DNA of 64,000 nucleotides, from the sequence record OR885871. One strand, written 5' to 3'. Shown here in pieces: positions 36,673 through 47,833 of this stretch; the stretch's first letter is position 1, and the number at the start of each line of letters is the position of its first letter. The DNA is from Escherichia phage vB_EcoM_JN03. The translations under genes were made by a program, and so were the position numbers. Under the pieces are notes generated by a model that was not told where the DNA came from, ran no database searches, and worked only from the letters and a program-made list of their open reading frames with translations.

Positions 36673-39438
36673 ATGACCAGAAATGTAGAAGAATTATTCG
36701 GCGGCGTAATCACAGCTCCTCACCAGATTCCTTTCACGTATAAATCAAATGTCGGTGGAGAAACTTTCCTTTCTTTGCCGTTCCATCCCGTCACTGGTGT
36801 TATCACAATCAACGGTGGTATGCAAGTTCCGTTAGACAACTTTGAAATCGAAGGAAATACGTTGAATCTCGGGCGCGCATTGTCCAAAGGCGATGTTGTG
36901 TATTGCTTATTCGATAAAATTCTTTCGCCAGAAGATACAGCCAAAGGTATCCGCATATACAAATTTCAGGCCGTGGGAGGTGAAACCGAGTTCACTCCTG
37001 ATTTCACATCCTATGGTGTCCAATCTCTTTATATCGGTGGCGAGTACAAAACACCCGAAATTGAATATTCCTATAACAGCACGACAGGGAAAGTGTCTTT
37101 GCAAACTGCACTGACTGCAGGCGTTTGGGTAGTCGCTGAAATGTCTGTTAAACAACCGAATATCAGTCCGGCGTTTGACCGAAGTATTCAAGAAATCGCC
37201 CGTTCTGCTAATGTAAAAGACTCTGAAGTCATCGTTAGTACGGACACCATATCTTTGTTGGATGGGAAGAAAGTTGTTTATGATATAGCGACGCAAACCA
37301 GTTATGGTTTACCAACCATTCCTGATGGTTCTGTCATTTCTTCTGTATCTGCTGGGAAATTGAATTACAACCCAGGTGATGTGCAGGTTGATTTGTTGCC
37401 TTTAGAAGATTCATTTATTAATGTGATAAACACTCTGGGGCGCAATGATGGTGCCAAGTATATTGGAGAATGCCATTCTGTTGCTGATCTCAGGAATACT
37501 GAACCCACTATGGATGGACAACGCATTATTCTTAAGCAACACACTGCGGGTACTCTTCTTGGCGGAGGGGTATTCCGTGCGTTAATTGATGGTACAGGAA
37601 AGACTGATAATAACGGTACTGTGATCAAAACTGTTGGCGGCGCGGCATGGTTACGTGTTAATGCTGATAGAGTTAACCCATTCATGTTTGGTGCTTTGGG
37701 TGGTTCTAATGATGATACTATTCCAGTACAATCTTGTGTGGATAGTGGTAAGGCCACACAATTAACTGATGCACATTACGTTAGCAATATCCAGTTAAAA
37801 TATAATACGTCGTCTATTTATGGGTCTGGATTACATTACTCAAGGTTGCATCAGTTGCCTTCTGCTACTGGGAATTGTATTACCATAAAAGATACATGCT
37901 CCCTTATTGTATTAGACGCCTTTGGGGTATATGGCACAGGTGCACAACAAGGCATGCCATTTACTGCGGGCACAACAGGTATCTATGTAGAAACTCCTTC
38001 AGGTCTCTCAGCCGATTATCCGTTCCACACTACCGCAGACCCAAGACGCGACTTGTGTATTTCTAAGGTCCATATAGCAGGTTTTGATGAATATGGGTTA
38101 AATATTGATAGTGGTAACTTTAGTGTTACTACAGATTCTCTTTTAGTCAACCACATCAATCAGGTGGGTGTCCGTTGTGCTACTACTGATTGGACTTGGA
38201 CAAATATCCAGGTTAATACCTGCGGTAAACAATGTCTGGTTCTTGATGGTTGTGGTAATGGTCGTATTATTGGCGGTAAATTCATTTGGGCTAACTGGCA
38301 ACCTTATGGTACAGTAGGACAGTTCCCAGGCATTACTATTAATAACAGCCAGAATATGGTTATTAATGGTATTGAGGTACAAGATTGTGGCGGGAATGGC
38401 ATTGAGATTAGCGATTCATATTCAATTTCCATGAACGGATTGAACACCAATCGTAACGGCATCAATGCTAACAACACTTTCTACAACATCGTATTTAACA
38501 AAAGCGATGCAGTTATCAACGGATTCGTAGGACTCAATTATGCCGCGAATAGTGGTTCAGGTGCTAACTCTAGTGCAGGCAATTTTCAGTTCCTGTCTAA
38601 TGATTGTAGTGTCACCATTAATGGTGTGGTTGAGACTGGTTATATGGGCATTAACTTTATTGGTGATAACAATATTATCAACCCCACCAATTCCGACCTG
38701 AGCATTAACGGATTGGTTAATTATTCCAAGACTGGTTTGCAAACCATGAACGAGACCCCTACATTTGATGGTGTTAGCACTACACCTGTTTATGTAAGTG
38801 TCCCATCTTCTGTAGGGCAAGTAAATGGTCTGAGACTATCACAAGCCAACAAAGATAAATTACTGTATTCAAGAACAGCAGGTCCAGAAGGTATTACCAT
38901 GGCTGCTGTTGTAGTACCCACCATATCTGGAGCTGAAGTATTTAACTTCATGGCCATTGGTTCAGGGTTTAGTGATACATCCAACAGTCTTCATCTTCAA
39001 TTAGTTATAGACGCTTCTGGAAAACAAACAATTGCTTTGCTATTGGGGGGCGATGGTACAACCCAAATTTTATCTGGGGATTTACCTAACGACCTTAAAC
39101 TACAAAGTGGTGTACCATATCATATAGCTATTGGTGCTAAACCTGGATATTTCTGGTGGAGTATTCTTAATATTCAGACGGGTAAGAGAATCAGACGGTC
39201 ATTCCGAGGCGCTTATTTAGCCGTACCATTTAATTCTATATTCGGATTAACTTCTTCATTAACATTCTTCTCGGATAGCAATGCTGGTGGGGATGCTTGT
39301 TCTGGGGTTGGTGCTAAAGTGTATGTTGGTATGTTCTCTTCTGAGAACGATTATGTAGCTTCACGATACTACAACCTGATTAATCCTGTAGACCCTACTA
39401 AGTTAATTAGTTACCGTATATTGGATTCTTCTATTTAA
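36673..39438 (+). CDS. tailspike protein (921 aa), paralog 3
   Basis: Start set at MTRNVEE (36673) because the 36658 ATG lies inside the hairpin arm; conserved module about 190 aa in. Confidence 0.6.
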   Translation: MTRNVEELFGGVITAPHQIPFTYKSNVGGETFLSLPFHPVTGVITINGGMQVPLDNFEIEGNTLNLGRALSKGDVVYCLFDKILSPEDTAKGIRIYKFQAVGGETEFTPDFTSYGVQSLYIGGEYKTPEIEYSYNSTTGKVSLQTALTAGVWVVAEMSVKQPNISPAFDRSIQEIARSANVKDSEVIVSTDTISLLDGKKVVYDIATQTSYGLPTIPDGSVISSVSAGKLNYNPGDVQVDLLPLEDSFINVINTLGRNDGAKYIGECHSVADLRNTEPTMDGQRIILKQHTAGTLLGGGVFRALIDGTGKTDNNGTVIKTVGGAAWLRVNADRVNPFMFGALGGSNDDTIPVQSCVDSGKATQLTDAHYVSNIQLKYNTSSIYGSGLHYSRLHQLPSATGNCITIKDTCSLIVLDAFGVYGTGAQQGMPFTAGTTGIYVETPSGLSADYPFHTTADPRRDLCISKVHIAGFDEYGLNIDSGNFSVTTDSLLVNHINQVGVRCATTDWTWTNIQVNTCGKQCLVLDGCGNGRIIGGKFIWANWQPYGTVGQFPGITINNSQNMVINGIEVQDCGGNGIEISDSYSISMNGLNTNRNGINANNTFYNIVFNKSDAVINGFVGLNYAANSGSGANSSAGNFQFLSNDCSVTINGVVETGYMGINFIGDNNIINPTNSDLSINGLVNYSKTGLQTMNETPTFDGVSTTPVYVSVPSSVGQVNGLRLSQANKDKLLYSRTAGPEGITMAAVVVPTISGAEVFNFMAIGSGFSDTSNSLHLQLVIDASGKQTIALLLGGDGTTQILSGDLPNDLKLQSGVPYHIAIGAKPGYFWWSILNIQTGKRIRRSFRGAYLAVPFNSIFGLTSSLTFFSDSNAGGDACSGVGAKVYVGMFSSENDYVASRYYNLINPVDPTKLISYRILDSSI

Positions 39439-39443
39439 AAATA

Positions 39444-39468
39444 TACCCCTCTTCGGAGGGGTCTTTAC
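39444..39468 (+). terminator. rho-independent terminator
   Basis: CCCCTC-TTCG-GAGGGG hairpin plus TCTTTACT. Confidence 0.5.
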
Positions 39469-39489
39469 TAGAAAAACAATGAGGTACTT

Positions 39490-41535
39490 ATGAACGAAAT
39501 GTTTAGTCAAGGTGGTAAAGGTTCGACTGGAATCTTAACCAATAAACAAGCAGTAGCCAGACACTTTGGTGTTAAACAATCTGAGGTTGTTTATGCCAAA
39601 TCAGGACAGTCCTTGTCTGGTTATAAAGTGATCTACGATAAGGTATCTCAACGTGCCTACGCTCTCCCTTCTAACATTGGTGCTGTAACGGTCACCAGTT
39701 TGGTCGACGGCATCCTCACGCACTCTGGAGGCACCGTAGATTTGGGTGCATTGGCTGTGTTAAGGGAAGAGTATGTTACTCTTGTTGAAAATTTTACTTC
39801 TGGATTTACGATTCGTGTCAAGAACGAAGTCGTGAGCGATGGGGTGAGTCTATATCGTTGGGATGGTGCTTTACCTAAAACCGTTGCACCTGGCTCAACA
39901 CCTGAAACAACTGGTGGAGTTGGTTTAGGTGCATGGTTGAGTGTTGGTGTTGCCACATTAAGAAGTGAATTAACATTGAATGTTTCAGATATTAATGGAT
40001 TGATTAACGTTAATACAAGAAACAAAAATTTCATGTATGTTACATCATCGTTTCGAGGGGGTGGAGGTGCTGGTGTATATGTATGGAATCCCACAAAAAA
40101 TAAATCATTACATAACGGAGCGACTATCATAGACCCATCAAGGACTCTACCGATAAACTGGGATTCTCAGTCGCAAATAGATGATTGGTTTACAATTTCA
40201 TCCACAGATGGGGTGGGATGTTTTGAATTAATTGAGGGGGAGAGCTCGGTTAATCCATTGCAGTGGGGCTGCTTGGGCGATTCATCAAAAGACAACCCAC
40301 ATAGTGGGTATGATAACTCTTTAATATCTGATTATGTTGATGACTACGCTGAATCAGTAAATAAAACAGTATTTTGGCCTCACGGTATATTTAGATTCAC
40401 TGGCCCACAGCAAAGAAAGACAAGGCATGATGGACATGAATACATTAGAATGAATAGTGAGTTTTCTACTGTTTTTATTATTGATAATCAGACGCCAATA
40501 ACTTTTCTAAAAGGAAAAGGGATTGGGACCGACCATCAGAAACTGTATGCCCACGGTTCAAGAGGAATAGAATATATTGGCAACCCTAAACGAATCCATA
40601 CTCTTCTTGATGCATACATGTACACGACATCATGGGAGCATTTTGCTGTTCGTGGATTTAAATATGGATTTGATATAAATTTTGTTTCTTTCCATATTCA
40701 GAATTTCTATTTTACTGATAATGAAATTGGAATTTACCCAAAACCACTAATGCCGCCATTGCAAGCTGCCGCACCAAGTACAATGCTATCATTATCTTAC
40801 GGTGCATTTGATTTCAGTAAGAATGGAATAGTATTCACTGAGAGATTTGGGCTTGGCGAGGCAGAAAACGTCATAAACGTAAATCTATCTTCTGTTGTGT
40901 TCGAACAAAATGAATTTGACGGATTCAGTTGTGCTAACTATCCATTACCTGTCGGTGTGAAAAATGCCAACAACAGGGTTATGAACCTTACAGTAAATAA
41001 TTGCTGGGCTGAACTTAACGGTAGAGCTGGTTTCAATTTCGAGAACGCTGACGTAACTGCGAATTCATTGAGAATAAATGAAGCGGATGAATTGATTTAT
41101 CCAGCAGGGGCAAGGACATACTCTATTGATGTAAATGGTGTAAGGGAAACAAACGTACTAAAATCGTCACTTTATGGAGCGCATAATATAGAAGCTCCGG
41201 TATCTGGTCAAATGATAATAAAACCAGATGGTAGCATTTATTCTGGTGCGACAATGCCTTTTACTGTTACAAAGACATCGGAAGGTCAATTTAAATTAAC
41301 GAATGCATCATCTACTCAGGGGTTTCAATACGTATCAATAGAGGTTATGCCATTCGATAGAGCAAGGATTGATACTGTTGTGACATGTGACCCATCAGAT
41401 GTCGCAGCGTTCGTTCAGTTTGGTACAATATCAAGCTATAAGATTGAATTTACATCGAGAGGCACATCTACATTTGTAACTCCAGAGGCTGGTTTCGCAG
41501 TTAAATTCTCATGGGTTCACCCTCTTAATAATTAA
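39490..41535 (+). CDS. tailspike protein (681 aa), paralog 4
   Basis: N-terminal conserved module closely matching paralog 2. Confidence 0.65.
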   Translation: MNEMFSQGGKGSTGILTNKQAVARHFGVKQSEVVYAKSGQSLSGYKVIYDKVSQRAYALPSNIGAVTVTSLVDGILTHSGGTVDLGALAVLREEYVTLVENFTSGFTIRVKNEVVSDGVSLYRWDGALPKTVAPGSTPETTGGVGLGAWLSVGVATLRSELTLNVSDINGLINVNTRNKNFMYVTSSFRGGGGAGVYVWNPTKNKSLHNGATIIDPSRTLPINWDSQSQIDDWFTISSTDGVGCFELIEGESSVNPLQWGCLGDSSKDNPHSGYDNSLISDYVDDYAESVNKTVFWPHGIFRFTGPQQRKTRHDGHEYIRMNSEFSTVFIIDNQTPITFLKGKGIGTDHQKLYAHGSRGIEYIGNPKRIHTLLDAYMYTTSWEHFAVRGFKYGFDINFVSFHIQNFYFTDNEIGIYPKPLMPPLQAAAPSTMLSLSYGAFDFSKNGIVFTERFGLGEAENVINVNLSSVVFEQNEFDGFSCANYPLPVGVKNANNRVMNLTVNNCWAELNGRAGFNFENADVTANSLRINEADELIYPAGARTYSIDVNGVRETNVLKSSLYGAHNIEAPVSGQMIIKPDGSIYSGATMPFTVTKTSEGQFKLTNASSTQGFQYVSIEVMPFDRARIDTVVTCDPSDVAAFVQFGTISSYKIEFTSRGTSTFVTPEAGFAVKFSWVHPLNN

Positions 41536-41540
41536 TATAA

Positions 41541-41568
41541 AAACCCCGCTAATGCGGGGTTTTATTTC
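41541..41568 (+). terminator. rho-independent terminator
   Basis: CCCCGC-TAAT-GCGGGG perfect hairpin plus TTTTATTT. Confidence 0.65.
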
Positions 41569-41589
41569 TATCTGTTTGTTGGCTGTATA

Positions 41590-41596
41590 CTAAATA
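41590..41596 (+). promoter_or_regulatory. late promoter core CTAAATA
   Basis: 34 nt upstream of ATG at 41630. Confidence 0.45.
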
Positions 41597-41629
41597 TCTC
41601 TATAAAATGGCACTCGATGGAGCATCAAA

Positions 41630-44600
41630 ATGCAATCTACAAATTTAAACCGTCGCCCGTATTGGGATGACTGGAATCCTGGGAAACGTTTTTCACGGAT
41701 TCTTTTTCGTCCGATGCCTATCAAGGTTCAGACTCGCGAACTGAACCAGATGCAGACTATTCTTCAGGATCAAATTGAAAAACTGGGCAACCATTTGTTC
41801 AAAGATGGTTCTATGGTTATCCCTGGCGGTCTGACGATCACTAACGCCGCAGTCTCTTTGAAATTCACTTTGGCGGGTGGTACTGAATTCACCGATCTGG
41901 AAGGTATTTCTGAACTCTACGTTTTGGGGAAGGACAATAATGCCAAAGCGCGTGTGTTGTCTCTTGAACGTGATCTGTCTGCTCCTGATACGATGCTGGC
42001 TATCCTTGAGATGACTGAAGCGGGTAATGCTGACGGATTCCATGTTAACGATAATCTGTATTTCCAGACTTACGACGTGAATGATAATTTCATTCGTATT
42101 GGTTATGGTATCGCAGCTGCGGTGACTGGTTCTATCGTCGCTCGTATGACGAAAGGCGTTTACTTCATTCGTGGGATGTTCCTAGACGTTGATGACGCAA
42201 CTCTTATCGTTGATAAAACTTCGAACACGTCTTCCCACCGCATCGGATTTAAAGTCACCGAAACCATTGTCACTGAAACAGAAGATGAATCCCTTTATTC
42301 AAATGCTCAGGGAACGATTAACTCCAAAGCCCCAGGCGCTCATCGTCTTCGAATAGATCTGGTCTTATCTCGATTTGATTATGATGCTGTGGTTGAAGAC
42401 TTTGTTGAACTGGCCAAAGTTCGTGATGGTAAAATCCAGTCTATGGTGACTCAGTCTACCTATAATATTCTGGAAGACACGTTAGCCCAACGGACTTATG
42501 AAACCAACGGCGATTATAACGTTTCAACGCACCAGATCGACATCCGCGAACACCTGAAAGTCAATAACAATGGTGGTGTATTCAATGCTGCTGATGGCGG
42601 TGACGAGAGCAAATTTGTTTCTGTGATGAAACCAGGTATTTCCTATGTTCGCGGTCGACGTATCGAAAATGTCGGGGAAGAACTGGTTATTGTCGACAAG
42701 GCGCGGGATACCGATGTCCTGAATAACACCCCTGTTGCGGTGGCCACAGGCAATTATCTGGTCACTAAGAATTCTAAAGGTGTGCCAGTGATATCCCGCA
42801 CCGTTCGATACAAATTACTGAATGCTTCAGGCGTTACCCAGGCTACAGCACTTTGTATATCAGCTGAACGTAATTCAACAGAATTTCGTCTGTATATGCG
42901 CGACCTGGTCGTTACTGGCGATGCATCCACTATCACCAAAGTGTCTTACGAAGAAAGCGGTATCACCATGTTCTCTGCTGAACTGGAATCCAATCAGTTT
43001 AACCAGAGTTCTATGATAGATCTGATCTTCTCTCTTCCGGTATTCGGTGTCAAGACTTTAGCACCAACTGGCTCCGTGGATATCAACTACACTGTTCTCA
43101 GAACGTATAAAGTGACGTTGGACAACAGCGGCGCGGGTTCTATTTCTGCTCCATTGGGATATAGTTTTTCCCCAGAATTTTCGTTGTACTCTGCAGCGAA
43201 ATCTGATGGTTCTGAAGCGCAGTTCGATATCTCTGGTTCTTTGTCTTTGACTGGTTCTCCGGTCGGTTCGGCGCTGCAGATTTCTCTGGGTAGTGGTAAT
43301 GCTAACCAGTCAATCAATTTGCTGGCGCTGATGATTCGTACCACGGCCACAATCAAAACGAAGACCATCACTGAAACAACTGAAACAGTGACGTTCACCT
43401 CGCAGACTAGCCGTCCTTTGGCGAATCACGATGGTTGGAAATTGGTATCGGTCAAAAACGATACTGGCGCAGACGTGACCTCCAGCTTCGTCCTAGATGG
43501 CGGACAGCGTGATGCAGGGTATTACAAGTCTAACTTGTTATCCAGCGCTGGAGCAATCTCAGGGACGTATACAGTGGTGTATCAATACTTCGCCCACAGT
43601 TCCGGTGATTTCTTCTCTGCTGATTCGTATACTTCGATGGATTATAAAGATATCCCGAATTATACATCTTCTACATCAGGCGCGGTGTACGGCCTGGCAG
43701 ATAGTTTGGATTTCCGTCCGAAAATCACCAACGGAACTTCTGACACAGATATGGTTCGTCCAAACACTGCAGTTATTCTGGACACAGAATATTATCTGCC
43801 GCGTATTGACGCGATTTATCTGGCAGACAACGGTGTGTTTGGTGTGGCTCGAGGCATTAGTTCTAACAACCTGGCTTCTCCAGCAATCCCAGCGAACGCC
43901 ATGCGTTTGTATGAATTGTTGATCCCACCGTATACGCCGAATATTGATGATATACAAATTCGCACTATTGACAATCGTCGTTATACGATGCGCGATATCG
44001 GTAAACTGGAAACCCGTATTTCCAATGTTGAATACTATACCTCTCTGTCACAGCTGGAATCTTCGGCGATGACACAGCAAGTGTTCGACCCCATCACGGG
44101 TAATCCCCGTTTCAAAAATGGTATTGCGGCTGATCCGTTCAAAGACTTCCGGTTGATTGATGACTTGTCTGAAGATTGGATGGGTTCTATCGATACCGAA
44201 AACGGACGTCTGCGCCCGTTTGTACAACAAAACGTTGTTGACATGACTCCTGTTGGCTGGAACAAAGTGATGGATGGGATGGTGGTTTGCAATTACACGC
44301 CTGAAATCTCAGTGAACCAAGAATATGCGACGACGACGATCAACGTTAACCCGTACGCAGTATTCAATTGGGAAGGTTTCTTGAAGATTAACCCGACCAC
44401 AGACTACTGGTTCGAAAACTATTATGTTGCACCGCGTATTATCAATGAAACGATCAACACCCGTGGTACTGTACAAGAAGGTTCAGTGTACGGAACATGG
44501 CGTACTGTTTCTGTTTCTGATCGTGTTTGGGAACCGCATGGTGCTGGTGGTGTGTGGTGGGGATATCGTTACCGCACGACTGTTTCTGCCCGTGATGTCA

Positions 44601-46468
44601 CCACATATACATACACGGACAAAACAACCACGACCATGACTGGTGAACAGATTGTGGAGACGCAAGTTATCCCATACATGCGCGAGATCGATATTTCTTT
44701 CGACGCATCTGGGCTGCGACCTTTCACTCGTATGTATGCGTTTTTCTCTGGTCGTGACGTTAATCTGTATTGCAAACCGAATGGTGGTAATTTCGGAGAC
44801 CCAATCACCACTGATGCCAATGGTGCTGTTAAAGGTGTATTCCGCGTTCCACAGAACGATACAATCAAGTTCAACACAGGCGACAACGTGTTCCGCTTAA
44901 CGGATAGCCCTGTTGACAGTAAATCTGCGGATGATACACTGACCAATGCAGAAATTGTTCATAAATCTTTCGGTAAGAAACAAGGTATTCAAAAGACCTT
45001 TGTCAACACTCGTGTCCTTGGTTACACTGCCAGTACTCGCACCGAAACCAGCACTTCTGAAGTTGTGGTCGACCAATGGCGTGATCCGATTGCCCAATCG
45101 TTTATGGTGGCGACTAAGAATGGCGGCGAGTATATCGAAGGCGTGGAAGTATTCTTCTCTACCAAGTCACGTGATGTTCCGATCACTCTGGAAATTCGCG
45201 AGATGGAGAATGGCTTACCTTCTCACACAGTCATTACTCGTAAGACTTTGAACCCATCTGAAGTGACGATCTCTACAGACTCTTCCGGCGGTACGAAGTT
45301 CACCTTTGATTATCCGGTGTATCTGCAAGCATCTACTGAGTTTGCTATCGTTTTGTTGGCGAATACTCAGGATTACAACGCGTATATCGCGGAAATGGGC
45401 AAGAAAAACCTTCTGTCCAACGAATATATCGCCAAACAACCGTATACGGGGGTGTTCTTCACTTCTTCAAACGGTTCAACTTGGTCTCCGAACCAAATGG
45501 CCGATATGAAATTCCGCATATATCGTTGCAACTTTGCGGCTGGTCAGAACGTTGTAACATTTGATCCGAAGCTCGGGCCAAAACAACGTCCGTTGGGATT
45601 GAACACTCTGAACTGCGTAAGCGGGTCTTCTGTTGTGACTGTGTTTGCACCTGGTCATGGTTTGGTTGCTGGGAACAATGTCACTCTTTCTGAATTGACA
45701 GGCGGTTGTGGCTTTACTCCTGAACAACTTAACAAAACGTTTACTGTGACAGATGCGAGCTATACTTCATTCAAGATTGACGTCGGTACGGCAGCAGACA
45801 GCAATGGGCAAATCGGTGGAGATAATGCTTCTTTCTTGGGCAATTATCTGGTTGATATGTTCTATGCCAGCGTTACCAATTCGGCTCTGGAAGGTTCAAT
45901 TCTGAAATTGGAATACCGTTATCGCGATGCCACTTCAAATTCTATGTCTGATTGGGCTGAGTTTGAAACTGACACTGACGTGGCGTTACCGACTGAAGGT
46001 ATCTATCGTCAGGTTGGTGACTTCCAGATTCGTGCTACTATGACTCGTAGTGAAAACAACGTGTACACAGCACCGATGATTGATGGTGATGACCTGAGCG
46101 TGATCTTCAACTCTTATGGCGTAGATCCTTTTGAAGACGTTTTCAAATATGTCACAAAGGACATTGGTTTCGATAACCCATGTTCGACTGTGAAACTGTT
46201 CTTCGGGGCGATGCTGCCTTCTCAGTCTTCGATGAAGATGCAGGTGAAACTTCTACGAGCAGGGCAAGAGATGGATAGTGTGGCTTGGGAAGACGTCGCC
46301 CCAACTTCGCCTTTGGTTAACGACGGTTCCACATTCTTTGAATATGAGTATGACAAGACTGTGGCAAGCAACAATCCGTTCGTTGGATTAAAAGTCAGAG
46401 CACTTGTAAGGGGGAACCGAGTTGCTCCTCCTTCGTTCAAAGACTTCCGTCTTATTGCTCTGGCATAA
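41630..46468 (+). CDS. large virion structural protein (1612 aa), function unresolved
   Basis: Single uninterrupted ORF between tailspike and neck genes, late promoter upstream; no motif recognised by eye. Confidence 0.5.
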   Translation: MQSTNLNRRPYWDDWNPGKRFSRILFRPMPIKVQTRELNQMQTILQDQIEKLGNHLFKDGSMVIPGGLTITNAAVSLKFTLAGGTEFTDLEGISELYVLGKDNNAKARVLSLERDLSAPDTMLAILEMTEAGNADGFHVNDNLYFQTYDVNDNFIRIGYGIAAAVTGSIVARMTKGVYFIRGMFLDVDDATLIVDKTSNTSSHRIGFKVTETIVTETEDESLYSNAQGTINSKAPGAHRLRIDLVLSRFDYDAVVEDFVELAKVRDGKIQSMVTQSTYNILEDTLAQRTYETNGDYNVSTHQIDIREHLKVNNNGGVFNAADGGDESKFVSVMKPGISYVRGRRIENVGEELVIVDKARDTDVLNNTPVAVATGNYLVTKNSKGVPVISRTVRYKLLNASGVTQATALCISAERNSTEFRLYMRDLVVTGDASTITKVSYEESGITMFSAELESNQFNQSSMIDLIFSLPVFGVKTLAPTGSVDINYTVLRTYKVTLDNSGAGSISAPLGYSFSPEFSLYSAAKSDGSEAQFDISGSLSLTGSPVGSALQISLGSGNANQSINLLALMIRTTATIKTKTITETTETVTFTSQTSRPLANHDGWKLVSVKNDTGADVTSSFVLDGGQRDAGYYKSNLLSSAGAISGTYTVVYQYFAHSSGDFFSADSYTSMDYKDIPNYTSSTSGAVYGLADSLDFRPKITNGTSDTDMVRPNTAVILDTEYYLPRIDAIYLADNGVFGVARGISSNNLASPAIPANAMRLYELLIPPYTPNIDDIQIRTIDNRRYTMRDIGKLETRISNVEYYTSLSQLESSAMTQQVFDPITGNPRFKNGIAADPFKDFRLIDDLSEDWMGSIDTENGRLRPFVQQNVVDMTPVGWNKVMDGMVVCNYTPEISVNQEYATTTINVNPYAVFNWEGFLKINPTTDYWFENYYVAPRIINETINTRGTVQEGSVYGTWRTVSVSDRVWEPHGAGGVWWGYRYRTTVSARDVTTYTYTDKTTTTMTGEQIVETQVIPYMREIDISFDASGLRPFTRMYAFFSGRDVNLYCKPNGGNFGDPITTDANGAVKGVFRVPQNDTIKFNTGDNVFRLTDSPVDSKSADDTLTNAEIVHKSFGKKQGIQKTFVNTRVLGYTASTRTETSTSEVVVDQWRDPIAQSFMVATKNGGEYIEGVEVFFSTKSRDVPITLEIREMENGLPSHTVITRKTLNPSEVTISTDSSGGTKFTFDYPVYLQASTEFAIVLLANTQDYNAYIAEMGKKNLLSNEYIAKQPYTGVFFTSSNGSTWSPNQMADMKFRIYRCNFAAGQNVVTFDPKLGPKQRPLGLNTLNCVSGSSVVTVFAPGHGLVAGNNVTLSELTGGCGFTPEQLNKTFTVTDASYTSFKIDVGTAADSNGQIGGDNASFLGNYLVDMFYASVTNSALEGSILKLEYRYRDATSNSMSDWAEFETDTDVALPTEGIYRQVGDFQIRATMTRSENNVYTAPMIDGDDLSVIFNSYGVDPFEDVFKYVTKDIGFDNPCSTVKLFFGAMLPSQSSMKMQVKLLRAGQEMDSVAWEDVAPTSPLVNDGSTFFEYEYDKTVASNNPFVGLKVRALVRGNRVAPPSFKDFRLIALA

Positions 46469-46520
46469 ATAATGTTGAAAGGTGGGCGTAAAGCCCACCA
46501 AACCAATAGAGGATAAAAAT

Positions 46521-46769
46521 ATGCGTGGAGTGAAAGTACAGGGGCACGCATCCATGTTGAGAAGCAGTTCTTGCCCTGGCGCGATTATTTGCACCGATCA
46601 CGCCGCTGGCATGGCTGCATTGCAAGCCCGTCAACGCAATGAAACTCGTGAAGCCACCATTGTTGAACAATCAAACCAGATATCTAATCTGGAGGCGACA
46701 ATCAAAATGATGGCCGAAAAGTTGGGGATCGAAATCCCCGAAGGAGGTCAGAATGGCGACGCAAGCTGA
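46521..46769 (+). CDS. hypothetical protein (82 aa)
   Basis: Start at MRGVKVQ with GAGGA RBS. Confidence 0.35.
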   Translation: MRGVKVQGHASMLRSSSCPGAIICTDHAAGMAALQARQRNETREATIVEQSNQISNLEATIKMMAEKLGIEIPEGGQNGDAS

Positions 46770-47094
46770 AAGAACGGGGCTTGACATCCGTGGTATCTTA
46801 ACCGCTGTCGTGGCTTCTGCATTGGTCTCGGCAGCATCGTTCCTTTGGTTCATGGGCGGGATGGAAACGCGCGTGAATGTATTGGAACGAGATTCCAACA
46901 AGATGGATCAAGTTCTTCAGAAAGTGAATGACATGAGTGAACGTATGGCGATCATGAATACTGACCTCGCATATGTCAAACAAAACATGGCTGAGTTAAA
47001 ACTCAATAGCAGCAGTCTTTCAGATGATGTTCGCACACTGCGGATTACTGTATCTGATTTGCAGCAAAAGGGGAATAACAATGGCCGTCAATAA
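46753..47094 (+). CDS. membrane-anchored coiled-coil protein (113 aa)
   Basis: GAAGGAGG RBS; TM segment ILTAVVASALVSAASFLWFM followed by heptad-like region. Confidence 0.4.
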   Translation: MATQAERTGLDIRGILTAVVASALVSAASFLWFMGGMETRVNVLERDSNKMDQVLQKVNDMSERMAIMNTDLAYVKQNMAELKLNSSSLSDDVRTLRITVSDLQQKGNNNGRQ

Positions 47095-47833
47095 GATTCG
47101 AGACAAAAAATCTTTTATGAATTATGTCTTGCGTAAATTGGGCGCTCCTGTGATCCAAATTAACCTTGACAGTTCACAAGTCGAAGATGCAGTCGATGAT
47201 GCTCTGCAGAAATTTTGGGAATATCATCGTGATGGTAGCCAAGATGCGTTCTTCCTGTACCAAGTTAAACAAGAAGATATCGACAAGGGATATATAGAAT
47301 TTCCCGATGATATTGACGATGTGATTGAAGTTATCCCTGGACCTCCTATTGAGTCAATCGGAAACTGGGCAACTCCTCAATGGCAAATGGCTCAAGCAAT
47401 GCTTGTCCCCAAAGCAGCGCTGGTTTCTATTCGTCTCATTGATTATGTTTCCATGCAACAACGCCTGTCGGATATCACAAGCGTCTTAAATGTTCGCCGT
47501 AATTTTGTGTACAAGAAGTTCCAGCGACGCCTTTACCCGCAGTTTGCTGCCATTGTTGATGAAACTCTGGCTTTTCGTTGTTATCAAAATATCGACCCCG
47601 AATCGGAAGAAAACGCTGAAGCATGGAATGATATGTGGTTGAAAGCGTATGCGACTGCATTGGTCAAGCGCCGTTGGGCAGAGGTGCTTAAGAAGGCAAG
47701 AGGCATCCGTCTCCCTGGTGGTATCGAACTGGATGGTGATAGTATGTTCAGTGAGGCCGAGACCGAGATAGAGCGGCTGGAGGAAGAATTGCGTACTGGT
47801 CAGCAATACCCTATCGATTTTATGATGGGATAA
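47081..47833 (+). CDS. 13: neck protein (T4 gp13-like)
   Basis: N-terminus LRKLGAPVIQINLDSSQVEDAVDDALQKFWEYHRDG matches T4 gp13 LRRLGAPIINVELTPDQIDD...FYSEYHFDG. Confidence 0.7.
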   Translation: MAVNKIRDKKSFMNYVLRKLGAPVIQINLDSSQVEDAVDDALQKFWEYHRDGSQDAFFLYQVKQEDIDKGYIEFPDDIDDVIEVIPGPPIESIGNWATPQWQMAQAMLVPKAALVSIRLIDYVSMQQRLSDITSVLNVRRNFVYKKFQRRLYPQFAAIVDETLAFRCYQNIDPESEENAEAWNDMWLKAYATALVKRRWAEVLKKARGIRLPGGIELDGDSMFSEAETEIERLEEELRTGQQYPIDFMMG

